Source: Shigella phage Sf20. From it: a stretch of 64,000 nt of DNA. The stretch lies in sequence record MF327006; one strand, written 5' to 3'. Below are positions 33,653 to 42,465 of this stretch, piece after piece (positions within the stretch are counted from its first letter, which is position 1; the number at the start of each line of letters is the position of its first letter). A program made the position numbers and the translations under genes. The notes below the pieces were generated by a model. The model was not told the DNA's origin, made no database searches, and saw nothing but the letters and a program-made list of their open reading frames with translations.

Positions 33653-34240
33653 CTAAATATCTAACCAAGACAAGTCAGATCCGCCCAAGATTTTTTCGAC
33701 GGCGGATCTATTTTCTTGATGATATAAGTTAAAACATGGTATCCCATGTCTACGGGCAACATAAACAGCAATTCGAGTTCCTCCCGAAACGATTCCATTA
33801 ACTTCTTTCGCCCAAAATATCACACAATCTACAGGGTCATCAAGTGTCTCACCTAAGACTTGAGCAACATTTCTGGAAAACAGATTTTGCATGTATAGCG
33901 GTATAGAACGAGGATTATCATAAACGTGTTCTAATTCATCCATCGCCAGATTCTTTTGTTCTAAGGTTTGCCATGCAATAACATCATGACCGTTATGCTT
34001 GTGGTCATAAAACTTCCAATTTGGAATGAAAATTTTTCTATAATCTGGATCGTAATACTTCATGAAAGCATTGTCCATACCGTAAGCCCCTCCAGAATGC
34101 GCTACAACGCGATTTTCTGACAATACCCTCCCAATGGTACTAGCCATTATCAAAATGTCGCTAGGCGCTTTTCTAGAGCCGATTAAAGCACATCTACGAA
34201 GTGGTTTTACTCCAAATAGATCTTGTAACTGGTCAAACAT
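33653..34240 (-). CDS. Rossmann-fold DprA/SLOG-like nucleotide-binding protein, 195 aa
   Basis: Segment ALIGSRKAPSDILIMASTIGRVLSENRVVAHSGGAYGMDNAF resembles the DprA/Smf-type Rossmann motif; convergent with gene 24. Confidence 0.4.
   Translation of the reverse strand: MFDQLQDLFGVKPLRRCALIGSRKAPSDILIMASTIGRVLSENRVVAHSGGAYGMDNAFMKYYDPDYRKIFIPNWKFYDHKHNGHDVIAWQTLEQKNLAMDELEHVYDNPRSIPLYMQNLFSRNVAQVLGETLDDPVDCVIFWAKEVNGIVSGGTRIAVYVARRHGIPCFNLYHQENRSAVEKILGGSDLSWLDI
33677..33718 (+). terminator. putative terminator after gene 24 (overlaps 3-prime end of convergent gene)
   Basis: Hairpin AGATCCGCC-15 nt-GGCGGATCT followed by ATTTTCTTG. Confidence 0.4.
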
Positions 34241-34392
34241 AATATTTCCTCCATAGAAAGCAATATCATACTACAAGTTAATAACAAATACAAGTATCCG
34301 CGTAGCGGAAGCGAGCACAGCGAGCAATAAAACACTTCCAGTAATTGACTAATAAATGTTCGAAACAAATTTTTATTATTCTATAAGATAAG

Positions 34393-34567
34393 TCTTCGTT
34401 TTGATCATAATTTAATCATACATGTAAAAACTACACAAAAGGATATCGCTTCGCGAACTCCTACGGAGTATAACATTTGTGTTACAATATGTAGTGATTA
34501 ATAATTAACCAAAGATACATTTTCTATGTTCTAAAGATCTTTCTTCGTTTTGATCATAATTTAATCA
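34393..34567. repeat. two 26-bp direct repeats (TCTTCGTTTTGATCATAATTTAATCA) 149 bp apart in AT-rich intergenic region
   Basis: Exact copies at 34393-34418 and 34542-34567 in the 413-bp non-coding gap upstream of the DprA-like gene. Confidence 0.7.
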
Positions 34568-34620
34568 AACAGTATTAATATTGTGCACATGTAAACTAAA
34601 ATTATGTTAATAACAGATAC

Positions 34621-34647
34621 AAAAAAGCCGCCCCGAAGGACGGCTAA
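34621..34647 (-). terminator. rho-independent terminator (minus strand)
   Basis: Minus-strand hairpin AGCCGTCC-ttcg-GGGCGGCT followed by TTTTTT, just downstream of stop at 34654. Confidence 0.65.
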
Positions 34648-34653
34648 TGTTAA

Positions 34654-35091
34654 TTATTTGTTGATAACGATCTGATTTCGGCGAATGGTAACATTACTCT
34701 TAGAGATGATCAGATCATCCGGCACTACGTTAGTTTTGTATGGCTGGAAGCGAACAAGCATCTGATTGCGTTTAGACCCTTCCTTAATCTTGATTTCCAT
34801 CTGGATATTGTTGCCTACGTGAGCAACCGCAATTTCACCTTTATTCTCATAGACCCACTTGCTGGTAACGTCTCCTGCAAAAGCCTTAATAACTTGCAAT
34901 GCTTCGTCGTATGCGGTAGAGCTGTGAACTTTCAGAAGGCCAGCCGTAGCAAGACGGGAGCAGGTGATCGCCGGAGATTGCCAAACATCAACATTAATTT
35001 GCTCAATCAGAGTAACACCGCCCGGATCAACTGCTTTGAATGCTTCGAACATTGCCTTTTTCATTGCTACGTGGTTTTTACGGAATTTCAT
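34654..35091 (-). CDS. hypothetical protein, 145 aa
   Basis: ORF between terminator and upstream coupled gene pair. Confidence 0.5.
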   Translation of the reverse strand: MKFRKNHVAMKKAMFEAFKAVDPGGVTLIEQINVDVWQSPAITCSRLATAGLLKVHSSTAYDEALQVIKAFAGDVTSKWVYENKGEIAVAHVGNNIQMEIKIKEGSKRNQMLVRFQPYKTNVVPDDLIISKSNVTIRRNQIVINK

Positions 35092-35137
35092 AATTAGTCA
35101 CCTCTATTGATTAGTTATTCAGAATATTAATTACAAA

Positions 35138-35413
35138 TCAGGACATTGCCCGTTTGAATGCGTCCATTATAACAGTGTTATTTGGCTTGTCAACACGTTT
35201 TTGAACTTTATTTTTAAATTTTTTGTTGATGTGGTGTTTACGATAAACAACCTTTTCACGGTTGGCGTAAGCCTCGCGTGCGTCTTTTACCATCAACCAT
35301 GCCTTAGCCGCATCTTGTCCGCTGATCCCGCCAATCTTCTTAGCAATATCAACAAAATTAAGACCGTGGTCTTCGCGTAGCATGTAAACCATTAACGCTG
35401 TTTTCTTGTCCAT
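35138..35413 (-). CDS. hypothetical HTH-like protein, 91 aa
   Basis: Starts at internal ATG of the 127-aa track ORF; that ATG overlaps the stop of the upstream small gene (TGATG); helix-turn-helix-like LNFVDIAKKIGGISGQDAAKAW. Confidence 0.45.
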   Translation of the reverse strand: MDKKTALMVYMLREDHGLNFVDIAKKIGGISGQDAAKAWLMVKDAREAYANREKVVYRKHHINKKFKNKVQKRVDKPNNTVIMDAFKRAMS

Positions 35414-35610
35414 CACTTCGCCCCATTGACGATTAACAGGATAGTGATCAGTACCGGAAACTGGATCATGACAGTGCCAAAAAACCGGATAAACGCATTT
35501 TCTGATTTCCATACATGACATGCGACTAGCTGATAGACCATTGTTGCAACCAAAGCCAGAAAATACATCTCGATTGGTGTTTCTTTGATCAATCGTACAA
35601 TCTCATTCAT
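35413..35610 (-). CDS. small hydrophobic (membrane-like) protein, 65 aa
   Basis: Strong RBS GAGGTGA before ATG 35610; hydrophobic stretch MYFLALVATMVYQLVA; translationally coupled to downstream gene. Confidence 0.5.
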   Translation of the reverse strand: MNEIVRLIKETPIEMYFLALVATMVYQLVACHVWKSENAFIRFFGTVMIQFPVLITILLIVNGAK

Positions 35611-35737
35611 ACTTCACCTCATACATTCATAAACACAACAACGAATAATACAGTAACAGTTATCAACGCCATTTTCAACCCCATATTCATAATATTTTCT
35701 TCGCCTCACTATGGACAGTAGCATGTCGATGCGTGCC

Positions 35738-35765
35738 ATTATAGGCATCTAAATCGCTCTGTCAA
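35738..35765 (-). promoter_or_regulatory. sigma70-type promoter TTGACA-N16-TATAAT (minus strand)
   Basis: Plus-strand attata at 35738 and tgtcaa at 35760, immediately downstream of the hoc terminator. Confidence 0.6.
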
Positions 35766-35769
35766 GCAC

Positions 35770-35801
35770 TAAAAACAAAAAAGCCACCCCGAAGGATGGC
35801 T
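35770..35801 (-). terminator. rho-independent terminator after hoc
   Basis: Minus-strand hairpin AGCCATCC-ttcg-GGGTGGCT followed by TTTTTTGTTTTT. Confidence 0.7.
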
Positions 35802-35812
35802 GATAGATTTAA

Positions 35813-37039
35813 TTAAGCAGGATGCGTTTCACGAATGCATAGAACTCGCTCTAACGTATCTCGGTCCAGTTTATGTAAATCTTTGGAATGATACATGAAA
35901 CCATTGCGAGATTCCATGCAAGTGCAATCACTATATTTTTCTTCCGCTGCCGCGATTGTCTCCAGATCTTTGGCGTACTTGCTGGTAGAATAAACTTCTC
36001 GGTCACGCCACTCTAACCCAGCCTCATTGAATTTAACAATCTCGTCAAATACCCACCATCCAATGTAGATAAATGAAGTTTTGCGCCACGGGATCGGGTG
36101 TACGTAACGAAACATTTTATGAAGAGATTCAACAACTTCCATTGAACATTTTCTGCTTGTACTTGATGCAACTTCTACTGTTTCCTCTTCGATCTGTTGA
36201 TATAGTTTAGCAACACACCAGAATTTGGCTGTGTCATCGTAAGTAGCACTCTCTTTGAACAGATGACCGTCTGGCATGATAGAAAATCCTTCCTGTGCTT
36301 CGCCGACCTCACTACCGATCAGAGTCGGTGAGAGTTGCCCCTCGCGCTGCAAATACCAGTTATATTTGATCGTCAAATTAGGCATACCGCTAGAATCGCC
36401 TACAATGTCCTCTGACACAACATAATTAAGTAAAATCTCATTACCTAGTGCCACGGTCTTTGATTCCGCCACATCCTGATCTACGTTCATTGTTGCCAGC
36501 ATGATTTTAGTCGATGCGCTATCGGCTGAATCTTCCGACTCACCCCACACTTTTACAGTATACACGCCGTTTTTATCTGCTGTAAATTCTTTGATTGTAA
36601 TATTCTGTTTTGTGTCTATAACTTCTTCGCCCTTACTCCAACTATAATGTAGTTCATAGTTGTCTGCTGGAGTCTTCCCACCCGAAAATTTTACTGTTGC
36701 ATGTAATTCTACGTCTTTTTGTGATGATACGTAGAAATGCGGCGGTTCGGTGATATTTACGATTAATTCAGCTTCTTCCATGAGGAAAACGTCAGATTCT
36801 ACTGATGTCGTCGTATCGGTATCTTGTACCGTTACTTTATAGCTACCCGCATTTTCACTTGTTGCGTCTGCTACAGTTAGCGTAGCTGTGCTATTTTCAT
36901 GCGGTTGGTCGTCTTTTGTCCATGTATATGTCAAATTGCTGGGTAATGGTTCGTCACCCGTTACAGTCGCCGTTAAGGTGAAACCATCGCCAGCAAGAAA
37001 ACATCTTTTGTCAGATTTAATTGATACTGTGAAAGCCAT
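35813..37039 (-). CDS. hoc: outer capsid decoration protein Hoc, 408 aa
   Basis: Ig-like repeat signatures (GSYKVTV, GVYTVKV) and C-terminal capsid-binding segment YVHPIPWRKTSFIYIGWWVFDEI matching remembered T4 Hoc. Confidence 0.8.
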   Translation of the reverse strand: MAFTVSIKSDKRCFLAGDGFTLTATVTGDEPLPSNLTYTWTKDDQPHENSTATLTVADATSENAGSYKVTVQDTDTTTSVESDVFLMEEAELIVNITEPPHFYVSSQKDVELHATVKFSGGKTPADNYELHYSWSKGEEVIDTKQNITIKEFTADKNGVYTVKVWGESEDSADSASTKIMLATMNVDQDVAESKTVALGNEILLNYVVSEDIVGDSSGMPNLTIKYNWYLQREGQLSPTLIGSEVGEAQEGFSIMPDGHLFKESATYDDTAKFWCVAKLYQQIEEETVEVASSTSRKCSMEVVESLHKMFRYVHPIPWRKTSFIYIGWWVFDEIVKFNEAGLEWRDREVYSTSKYAKDLETIAAAEEKYSDCTCMESRNGFMYHSKDLHKLDRDTLERVLCIRETHPA

Positions 37040-37208
37040 ATAAAGCCACTCCCATAGAAAATCCGAATTTAATTAATTGAAATAGTTGATTGCCATCAAC
37101 CAGATAACCATTGCGAGATTCCAATACATGAGTATTAGAATAGTGATGCAACGAGGCCGAAATAGTATCGATCTCGTCTGGGTATTTGTTCTGTTTGATG
37201 TAATACAT
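37017..37208 (-). CDS. small ORF, 63 aa, overlapping hoc start; possible remnant
   Basis: No RBS; shares an 18-bp segment (AACCATTGCGAGATTCCA, peptide ESRNG) with the hoc 3-prime end. Confidence 0.2.
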   Translation of the reverse strand: MYYIKQNKYPDEIDTISASLHHYSNTHVLESRNGYLVDGNQLFQLIKFGFSMGVALYGFHSIN

Positions 37209-37304
37209 TGATTTTGTTAGACATGTAGTATCCTCTTTTTAATTGCATAACGGAACTACAATTAAAATTATAACAAATATTTCACAACTTTTATCACCCA
37301 AAAA

Positions 37305-38030
37305 TTACTTGAGTGTGTGGAATTGGCTATGTTTAGTCTCTCGCACCTTGACAGACCCATCGCGTTTGATATAATAGATCAGTGACTTGAGGGTGTCGTG
37401 TACATACGCGTGCGGGAAACGCTCTGGATACTTCTTCCAATCTGGAGTATTAACGATCCAGTCGAAAATCCACCACGGGCAGGAGTAGTAACCACGACCG
37501 CCACCGATCAAGCAAATGGTCGGACGGAAGCCAGTAAGATCGCAAAATGAATCAGTGTCATGTGCTGGGGAACGATGCTCTGCTTCGTTAGAGAAAATGT
37601 TGGCTACCGGAGATTCCACTTTAACTTCCGGTGCTTCTTCAACATCTGACTTAACTTCTTCGACCACTGGTTCAACTGCTGGAGATTCTTCTTTTGTTTC
37701 TTCAATGGCGATCTCAGGTTCTTTCATTGCTTCAACCAGAGACGGATCAACTTCGTCGAATACCACTTTATCATCTGCGGTGTCTGCTGCCAGAATAAGA
37801 TCGTTAATACTGGTTCCTTCTGCCGGAGTTTCTTCTTCCATTTCGGAAGCCAGTTTAGTTAATTCGGTTTCTACGAACTCGATCATGTTCTCTAGTGATA
37901 AAGTCTTTTTGACCTTAATATCAAATTGTTTTGCGTAGTCAGCTAATTCTGTTTTAGCTGTTTTCTGTGCTTCTTTGTCGTCGGACGCCGCAATAGCGCG
38001 GAGTTCTTCGAAATATTCTTTATCAAACAT
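37305..38030 (-). CDS. inh: Inh-like protein (position of T4 prohead protease inhibitor), 241 aa
   Basis: Synteny between hoc and uvsW; acidic N-terminal half; C-terminal W-rich segment CPWWIFDWIV resembling Hoc tail GWWVFDEIV; RBS GGAGAA. Confidence 0.5.
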   Translation of the reverse strand: MFDKEYFEELRAIAASDDKEAQKTAKTELADYAKQFDIKVKKTLSLENMIEFVETELTKLASEMEEETPAEGTSINDLILAADTADDKVVFDEVDPSLVEAMKEPEIAIEETKEESPAVEPVVEEVKSDVEEAPEVKVESPVANIFSNEAEHRSPAHDTDSFCDLTGFRPTICLIGGGRGYYSCPWWIFDWIVNTPDWKKYPERFPHAYVHDTLKSLIYYIKRDGSVKVRETKHSQFHTLK

Positions 38031-38056
38031 GTTATTCTCCTGATTGGGGGTGTTTG

Positions 38057-38064
38057 TATAAATA
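38057..38064 (+). promoter_or_regulatory. T4-type late promoter core TATAAATA upstream of uvsW
   Basis: Exact TATAAATA 36 nt upstream of ATG 38101. Confidence 0.6.
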
Positions 38065-38100
38065 TTTGTATACTGTATTTATTGAGTGAGGCTATTCGCT

Positions 38101-39603
38101 ATGCAAGATATTAAAATTCACTTTCTGAACTACTCCCATGTTCAAATTGAATGTAGCGATTCAATTTTATTAGAAATGCGAGATTATTTTAGTTTTGAAG
38201 TCGAGGGAGCGCGGTTTCAAAAAAGATTTAAGTATGGTGGATGGGATGGGCGTATTCGTCTTTTAGATTACAACGGAAAGCTGCCAATCGGCCTAACTAA
38301 AACCGTGGGAATCTTCGCTAAAAATATGGGCTATAGCGTATGGGTAGATCCTCGCTTATTCGAAAAAGAACAAGTTACAGAAGAAGAAATTACAAAATGG
38401 TGTAATGACTTAGAATTATATTCCGGTGCTAACAGGATCACCCCGCATTGGTATCAATCAAAGGCTGTCTTTGAAGGTATCCATCATAAACGCCGTATGT
38501 TAGTTTTGCCTACGTCCGCTGGTAAATCTGCGATTGCTTGTATGTTGTCTCGCTGGTACTTAGAGAACTACGAAGGGAAAGTGCTGATCATCGTTCCTAC
38601 CACGTCGCTAGTGCTGCAAATGCGTGATGATTTTGTTGATTATCGCCAGTTTCCGTATGAAGCAATTCATACTATCATGAGCGGTACTAGTAAACACGTA
38701 GGTGATCGCCTGATCGTTGTTAGTACGTGGCAATCAGCATGTAAACAGCCTCGTGAGTGGTTCCAACAATTTGGGATGGTAATTGTTGATGAATGTCACA
38801 AAGCCACTGCTAAAAACCTGCTAAACATCGTTACTGATATGGCTCATTGCCAATTTAAGATCGGCATGACTGGTTCCCCTCGTGACGGGAAAGCTAACAT
38901 GATGCAGTATGTCGGGCTTTTCGGTGATATTTCCAAGATCGTGAGTATTGACCGCCTGATGGAAGAAGGGCAGGTGACAAAACTGAAAATTAACTGTCTT
39001 TTCCTTCGTTATACCGATGAGGAATGTAGCGCGGTTAAGGGGCGAGAATATGCGGAAGAGATCAAGTATATTACGTCTAACCCACGACGAAATAAGTTTG
39101 CTTGTAATTTGGCGCTAAAACTCGCTAAGAAGGGCGAAAACGTATTCCTTATGTTCCGCAATACTAAGCACGGAAAACTTATGTATGACGCGTTACAGAA
39201 GGTACACGACAAGGTTTATTATATTGACGGTGGAGTTAAGACAGAAGAACGTGATGAATTTAAGAAAATGGCGGAGGGTGACACCGGGATCATTTGTGTT
39301 GCGTCTTATGGTGTATTCTCTACTGGTGTTTCAATTAAGAATTTGCATCATGTTATTTTCGGTCATCCAGTGAAGGAATCAACTATCGTTCGTCAGAGTA
39401 TCGGTCGTGCATTGCGTAAACATGGTTCGAAAGACATTGCAACGGTCTGGGATCTTATAGATCATCTGGCGGTGAAGACAAAGAGCAAGAATGCTAAGAA
39501 ACAGTTTAGCCACCTTAATTATGCTCTTAAACATGCGCTTGAAAGAATAAAAATTTATAACACCGATCGATTCGAATATGTCACGAAAACAATCGAGATT
39601 TAA
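38101..39603 (+). CDS. uvsW: UvsW DNA/RNA helicase, 500 aa
   Basis: Starts MQDIKIHF (T4 MDIKVHF as remembered); Walker A LPTSAGKS and DECH box VDECHKAT; ORF-track GTG extension trimmed. Confidence 0.9.
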   Translation: MQDIKIHFLNYSHVQIECSDSILLEMRDYFSFEVEGARFQKRFKYGGWDGRIRLLDYNGKLPIGLTKTVGIFAKNMGYSVWVDPRLFEKEQVTEEEITKWCNDLELYSGANRITPHWYQSKAVFEGIHHKRRMLVLPTSAGKSAIACMLSRWYLENYEGKVLIIVPTTSLVLQMRDDFVDYRQFPYEAIHTIMSGTSKHVGDRLIVVSTWQSACKQPREWFQQFGMVIVDECHKATAKNLLNIVTDMAHCQFKIGMTGSPRDGKANMMQYVGLFGDISKIVSIDRLMEEGQVTKLKINCLFLRYTDEECSAVKGREYAEEIKYITSNPRRNKFACNLALKLAKKGENVFLMFRNTKHGKLMYDALQKVHDKVYYIDGGVKTEERDEFKKMAEGDTGIICVASYGVFSTGVSIKNLHHVIFGHPVKESTIVRQSIGRALRKHGSKDIATVWDLIDHLAVKTKSKNAKKQFSHLNYALKHALERIKIYNTDRFEYVTKTIEI

Positions 39604-39646
39604 TAAATAGGGGCTTTAATGCCCCTTTATTCTACGGAGATTAAAA

Positions 39647-39883
39647 ATGATTAGCTTTAAACGTTTTTTGGTTGAGGCCGCTATTGACGGTTTCATGCGT
39701 AAGATTTATTCTTGTAATACTATCGAGGGATTAAATGAACTTGAGGCATATTATGAGAAGCGCAAGAAAGAAACAGAATTGAAACCTGCTGATGATATTT
39801 CGATCCGTGATGCCATCGCCGGACGCCGTAAGCAATTGGAAGCGGACAACGAGCCAGAAGATGAGCCGGAAGAGGATTTTTAA
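39647..39883 (+). CDS. uvsW.1: UvsW.1-like small protein, 78 aa
   Basis: Small ORF directly after uvsW with RBS ACGGAGA; acidic C-terminus. Confidence 0.6.
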   Translation: MISFKRFLVEAAIDGFMRKIYSCNTIEGLNELEAYYEKRKKETELKPADDISIRDAIAGRRKQLEADNEPEDEPEEDF

Positions 39884-39885
39884 GA

Positions 39886-39913
39886 TATAAAAAAGCCCCA
39901 TCATTGATGGGGC
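39886..39913 (-). terminator. rho-independent terminator (minus strand; hairpin palindromic)
   Basis: Palindrome GCCCCATCA-t-TGATGGGGC flanked by A-run (plus) / T-run (minus). Confidence 0.6.
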
Positions 39914-39946
39914 AAAATAAACCAATTAAAATCGGTTATCAACAAA

Positions 39947-40123
39947 TTACATTAACAGCATTGTTTGCTCTACGAGTTGTTCTTGTTCTTCGCCGTTCGC
40001 ATCTTCACTAATCGAACGTTCTGTTACTAGCTGTAAGCAGTAGCCAGTGTGAACAACGCCGTTTTCTGTCTGGACGGATAACGCATCCTCGACAGGTTGT
40101 TTACAACAAATACAGATTTTCAT
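39947..40123 (-). CDS. small Cys-rich protein in uvsY.-2 position, 58 aa
   Basis: ATG preceded by RBS AGGAGG; MKICICCKQP N-terminus; below ORF-track size cutoff. Confidence 0.5.
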   Translation of the reverse strand: MKICICCKQPVEDALSVQTENGVVHTGYCLQLVTERSISEDANGEEQEQLVEQTMLLM

Positions 40124-40144
40124 AAAAATTCCTCCTGCATGTAT

Positions 40145-40552
40145 TTAGCGTCCAGATTCCAGCATACGCAATTCTATAGCATTCTTGATCGCAAATCCAC
40201 GAGATTTAACGATATCAAGTGCGCGACCAGCAAAATCCATTACCATCTGGTAATATGCAATTTTCGTATCAAGCGGTAAGATCTCGTCGTCTGCTGCCAT
40301 GACAACTTTCAATTCTGATTTCTCATATTCAGCGCGACACCAGTCATCACTGCGGTTAGTGTAAAAATCAAGACGATTTTTCATAGCCTTTTTCTTTTTA
40401 GCCTCAAGTGCAATCGTCTCTCTTTTCGCCTCGCTGTAAATCCTTAACCACTTTGAGTATACTACCGGATTATTCAGCGCCTCCCATTGCAACTTAGTCG
40501 CATCGATCTTCATGTCAGCTTCTAATTGTTCTTTCAAATCGTTTAGGTCCAT
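40145..40552 (-). CDS. uvsY: recombination mediator UvsY, 135 aa
   Basis: DLKEQLEADMKIDATKLQWEALNN and C-terminal KSRGFAIK match remembered T4 UvsY. Confidence 0.85.
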   Translation of the reverse strand: MDLNDLKEQLEADMKIDATKLQWEALNNPVVYSKWLRIYSEAKRETIALEAKKKKAMKNRLDFYTNRSDDWCRAEYEKSELKVVMAADDEILPLDTKIAYYQMVMDFAGRALDIVKSRGFAIKNAIELRMLESGR

Positions 40553-40599
40553 AATATCCCCTTATTCACACTAAGACCTATATCATATCACACACAAAA

Positions 40600-40986
40600 T
40601 CACTTTGCAAGTCTTATGCGTAGTTGTTCAAGATCATCTGGGTTGTCTATTACTGAAAAGTAGATTGATACTATGATTGAGTTATCGTCGTACTGCGGAG
40701 TTACTTCTACTGTCAGGTTTCGGACCCGTGGTTCATAGTTTCGGATCGCCTCATTGATGTTTTTTGATAAGGTATCCACTGTCAGTGGGTTCATGTTCTC
40801 AAACAGTGATTTATTGAGATCGCATCCAAACAGTGGATCAAATGGACGAGATCCCTTGCGAGTAGTCACGATCAGTAGAATAGAATCCTTAACCGCTTTA
40901 ATCCCTATGTTCTTTTTAACGTCGTTATTCCACGATCTGGATATATTGAGATCCAAATCAGTATACATCTGATTAATAGTTGCCAT
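40600..40986 (-). CDS. 25: baseplate wedge subunit gp25, 128 aa
   Basis: TTRKGSRPFDPLFGCDL and FSVIDNPDDLEQL match remembered T4 gp25; ORF-track TTG extension trimmed to ATG 40986. Confidence 0.9.
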   Translation of the reverse strand: MATINQMYTDLDLNISRSWNNDVKKNIGIKAVKDSILLIVTTRKGSRPFDPLFGCDLNKSLFENMNPLTVDTLSKNINEAIRNYEPRVRNLTVEVTPQYDDNSIIVSIYFSVIDNPDDLEQLRIRLAK

Positions 40987-40994
40987 GTTATACC

Positions 40995-41624
40995 TCAAAG
41001 AATTTTAAGGAAACTGGATAGACCTGATAATGAATATACACCAGATTCCCCGCATTCGCACTTGATCGGTACTGCCAGCGTGATTTGATTTCTTGTTAGC
41101 TCGTCGATCACTTCTTCCACTTTATCCGTGGTAAGCATATCCAGCACGCGGTCAAAGTCCTGTGCGTTCAGGTCGTCTATATTGAATTGCTGATCTCCGA
41201 TCACGATATATTCGATACATGCAATTACCATCTGCATAATATCAACATCTTCTGTAAACTTAGGTTGACGAAATTTGATTTTTACTTGCCCTAAGTCCAG
41301 AATATACGGTTCAACTTCTGGTATCTGTGTGCGTGAAACATCAAGAGAGTATACTTTCTCTTTATTGCATACACCACACACCCAAGTAGCATCAAATTTC
41401 ATCTTATTGAGGCTGTGACACCATAAGAGAAGAAAAATATATTCTGCTTCGCATTTCTCTAGCTCTAATGCATTGATCCCCGTACATTCATGTATGGTCT
41501 CTATAACAACCTCTGACAGCTTGCCAGTCTCTTTTGCTGCTACCAGTTTTTGAAATTCGCCGAAGGTGAAAGCACGGGCGTGTATCAACTTTTCGCCTAA
41601 TTGGATCTTGAACAAGTATTGCAT
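40995..41624 (-). CDS. 26: baseplate hub subunit gp26, 209 aa
   Basis: Size and synteny upstream of gene 25. Confidence 0.8.
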   Translation of the reverse strand: MQYLFKIQLGEKLIHARAFTFGEFQKLVAAKETGKLSEVVIETIHECTGINALELEKCEAEYIFLLLWCHSLNKMKFDATWVCGVCNKEKVYSLDVSRTQIPEVEPYILDLGQVKIKFRQPKFTEDVDIMQMVIACIEYIVIGDQQFNIDDLNAQDFDRVLDMLTTDKVEEVIDELTRNQITLAVPIKCECGESGVYSLSGLSSFLKIL

Positions 41625-41666
41625 AATAAAACACCCTTTATAAACACATAGAATTATTTAGTATTT

Positions 41667-41674
41667 TATAAATA
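41667..41674 (+). promoter_or_regulatory. T4-type late promoter core TATAAATA upstream of gene 51
   Basis: Exact TATAAATA 21 nt upstream of ATG 41695. Confidence 0.6.
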
Positions 41675-41694
41675 CCCGAAAGGGGGATTATACC

Positions 41695-42465
41695 ATGAAT
41701 ATTATCCGAATAAAACTACCGGAAGGTGTGCAGAGATTTAAACCATTCACGGTAAAAGATTATAGAGATTTCCTTCTGGTGTCAACTGAAATTAAGATGA
41801 ATCCAGAAGAAGAACAAACGATTCTTGATGAGCTATTAGAAGAAATATATCCAGACGTAGATCCGGCATTTCGTGAATATATTTTCCTGAATGTCTTTAC
41901 TAGTTCAATTGGTAAAACTAAGATACCGCTTTGTTTTACTTGCCCGACTTGCAACAAAGAAAGAAGAATGTTGCTTAACTTACAGGTTGAAGCCCTAAAA
42001 CCAATCGTTCTAGAGGCCGCAGGGCTTAAAATAACTTTCCGGTATGTTAAACCATCAACCGACTATGCAAAAACGTTTCTGGATGCGATAGAGCGTGTAT
42101 CTGATGGTATTAATGATTATCTATGGACTGAATTACCGGAAGAAGTTAGAGAACAGGTTATCGATTCAATCTCATTTGCTGAATTTGAAGAAGTTGTCAA
42201 GCAGATGCACACAATCAAGATCGAACAAAAGATATCTTGTTGTGAAAGTCATGACCTGAAATACATAGGTCTTCTTCCATTATTCAAATTGTTGTTGAAT
42301 CCAGATGAGTTATTCATCTTTTATCGAATAAACCATCTATTGGCAAAATCAAATTATTCTATCAGTGATCTTATGGATATGTTACCCGTCGAGAGAAACA
42401 TTGCACTGACACTGGTCGAGAAAGACGTAAAAGAGGCAAATAATGCAAAGAACGGGGTTTCCTAA
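41695..42465 (+). CDS. 51: baseplate hub assembly catalyst gp51, 256 aa
   Basis: Size and synteny (divergent from 26, upstream of 27). Confidence 0.75.
   Translation: MNIIRIKLPEGVQRFKPFTVKDYRDFLLVSTEIKMNPEEEQTILDELLEEIYPDVDPAFREYIFLNVFTSSIGKTKIPLCFTCPTCNKERRMLLNLQVEALKPIVLEAAGLKITFRYVKPSTDYAKTFLDAIERVSDGINDYLWTELPEEVREQVIDSISFAEFEEVVKQMHTIKIEQKISCCESHDLKYIGLLPLFKLLLNPDELFIFYRINHLLAKSNYSISDLMDMLPVERNIALTLVEKDVKEANNAKNGVS

Noticed and set aside
35138-35521. Single 127-aa ORF as annotated by the track
   Set aside because: Better explained as two coupled genes (65 aa and 91 aa) with a TGATG stop/start overlap and a strong RBS for the upstream gene.
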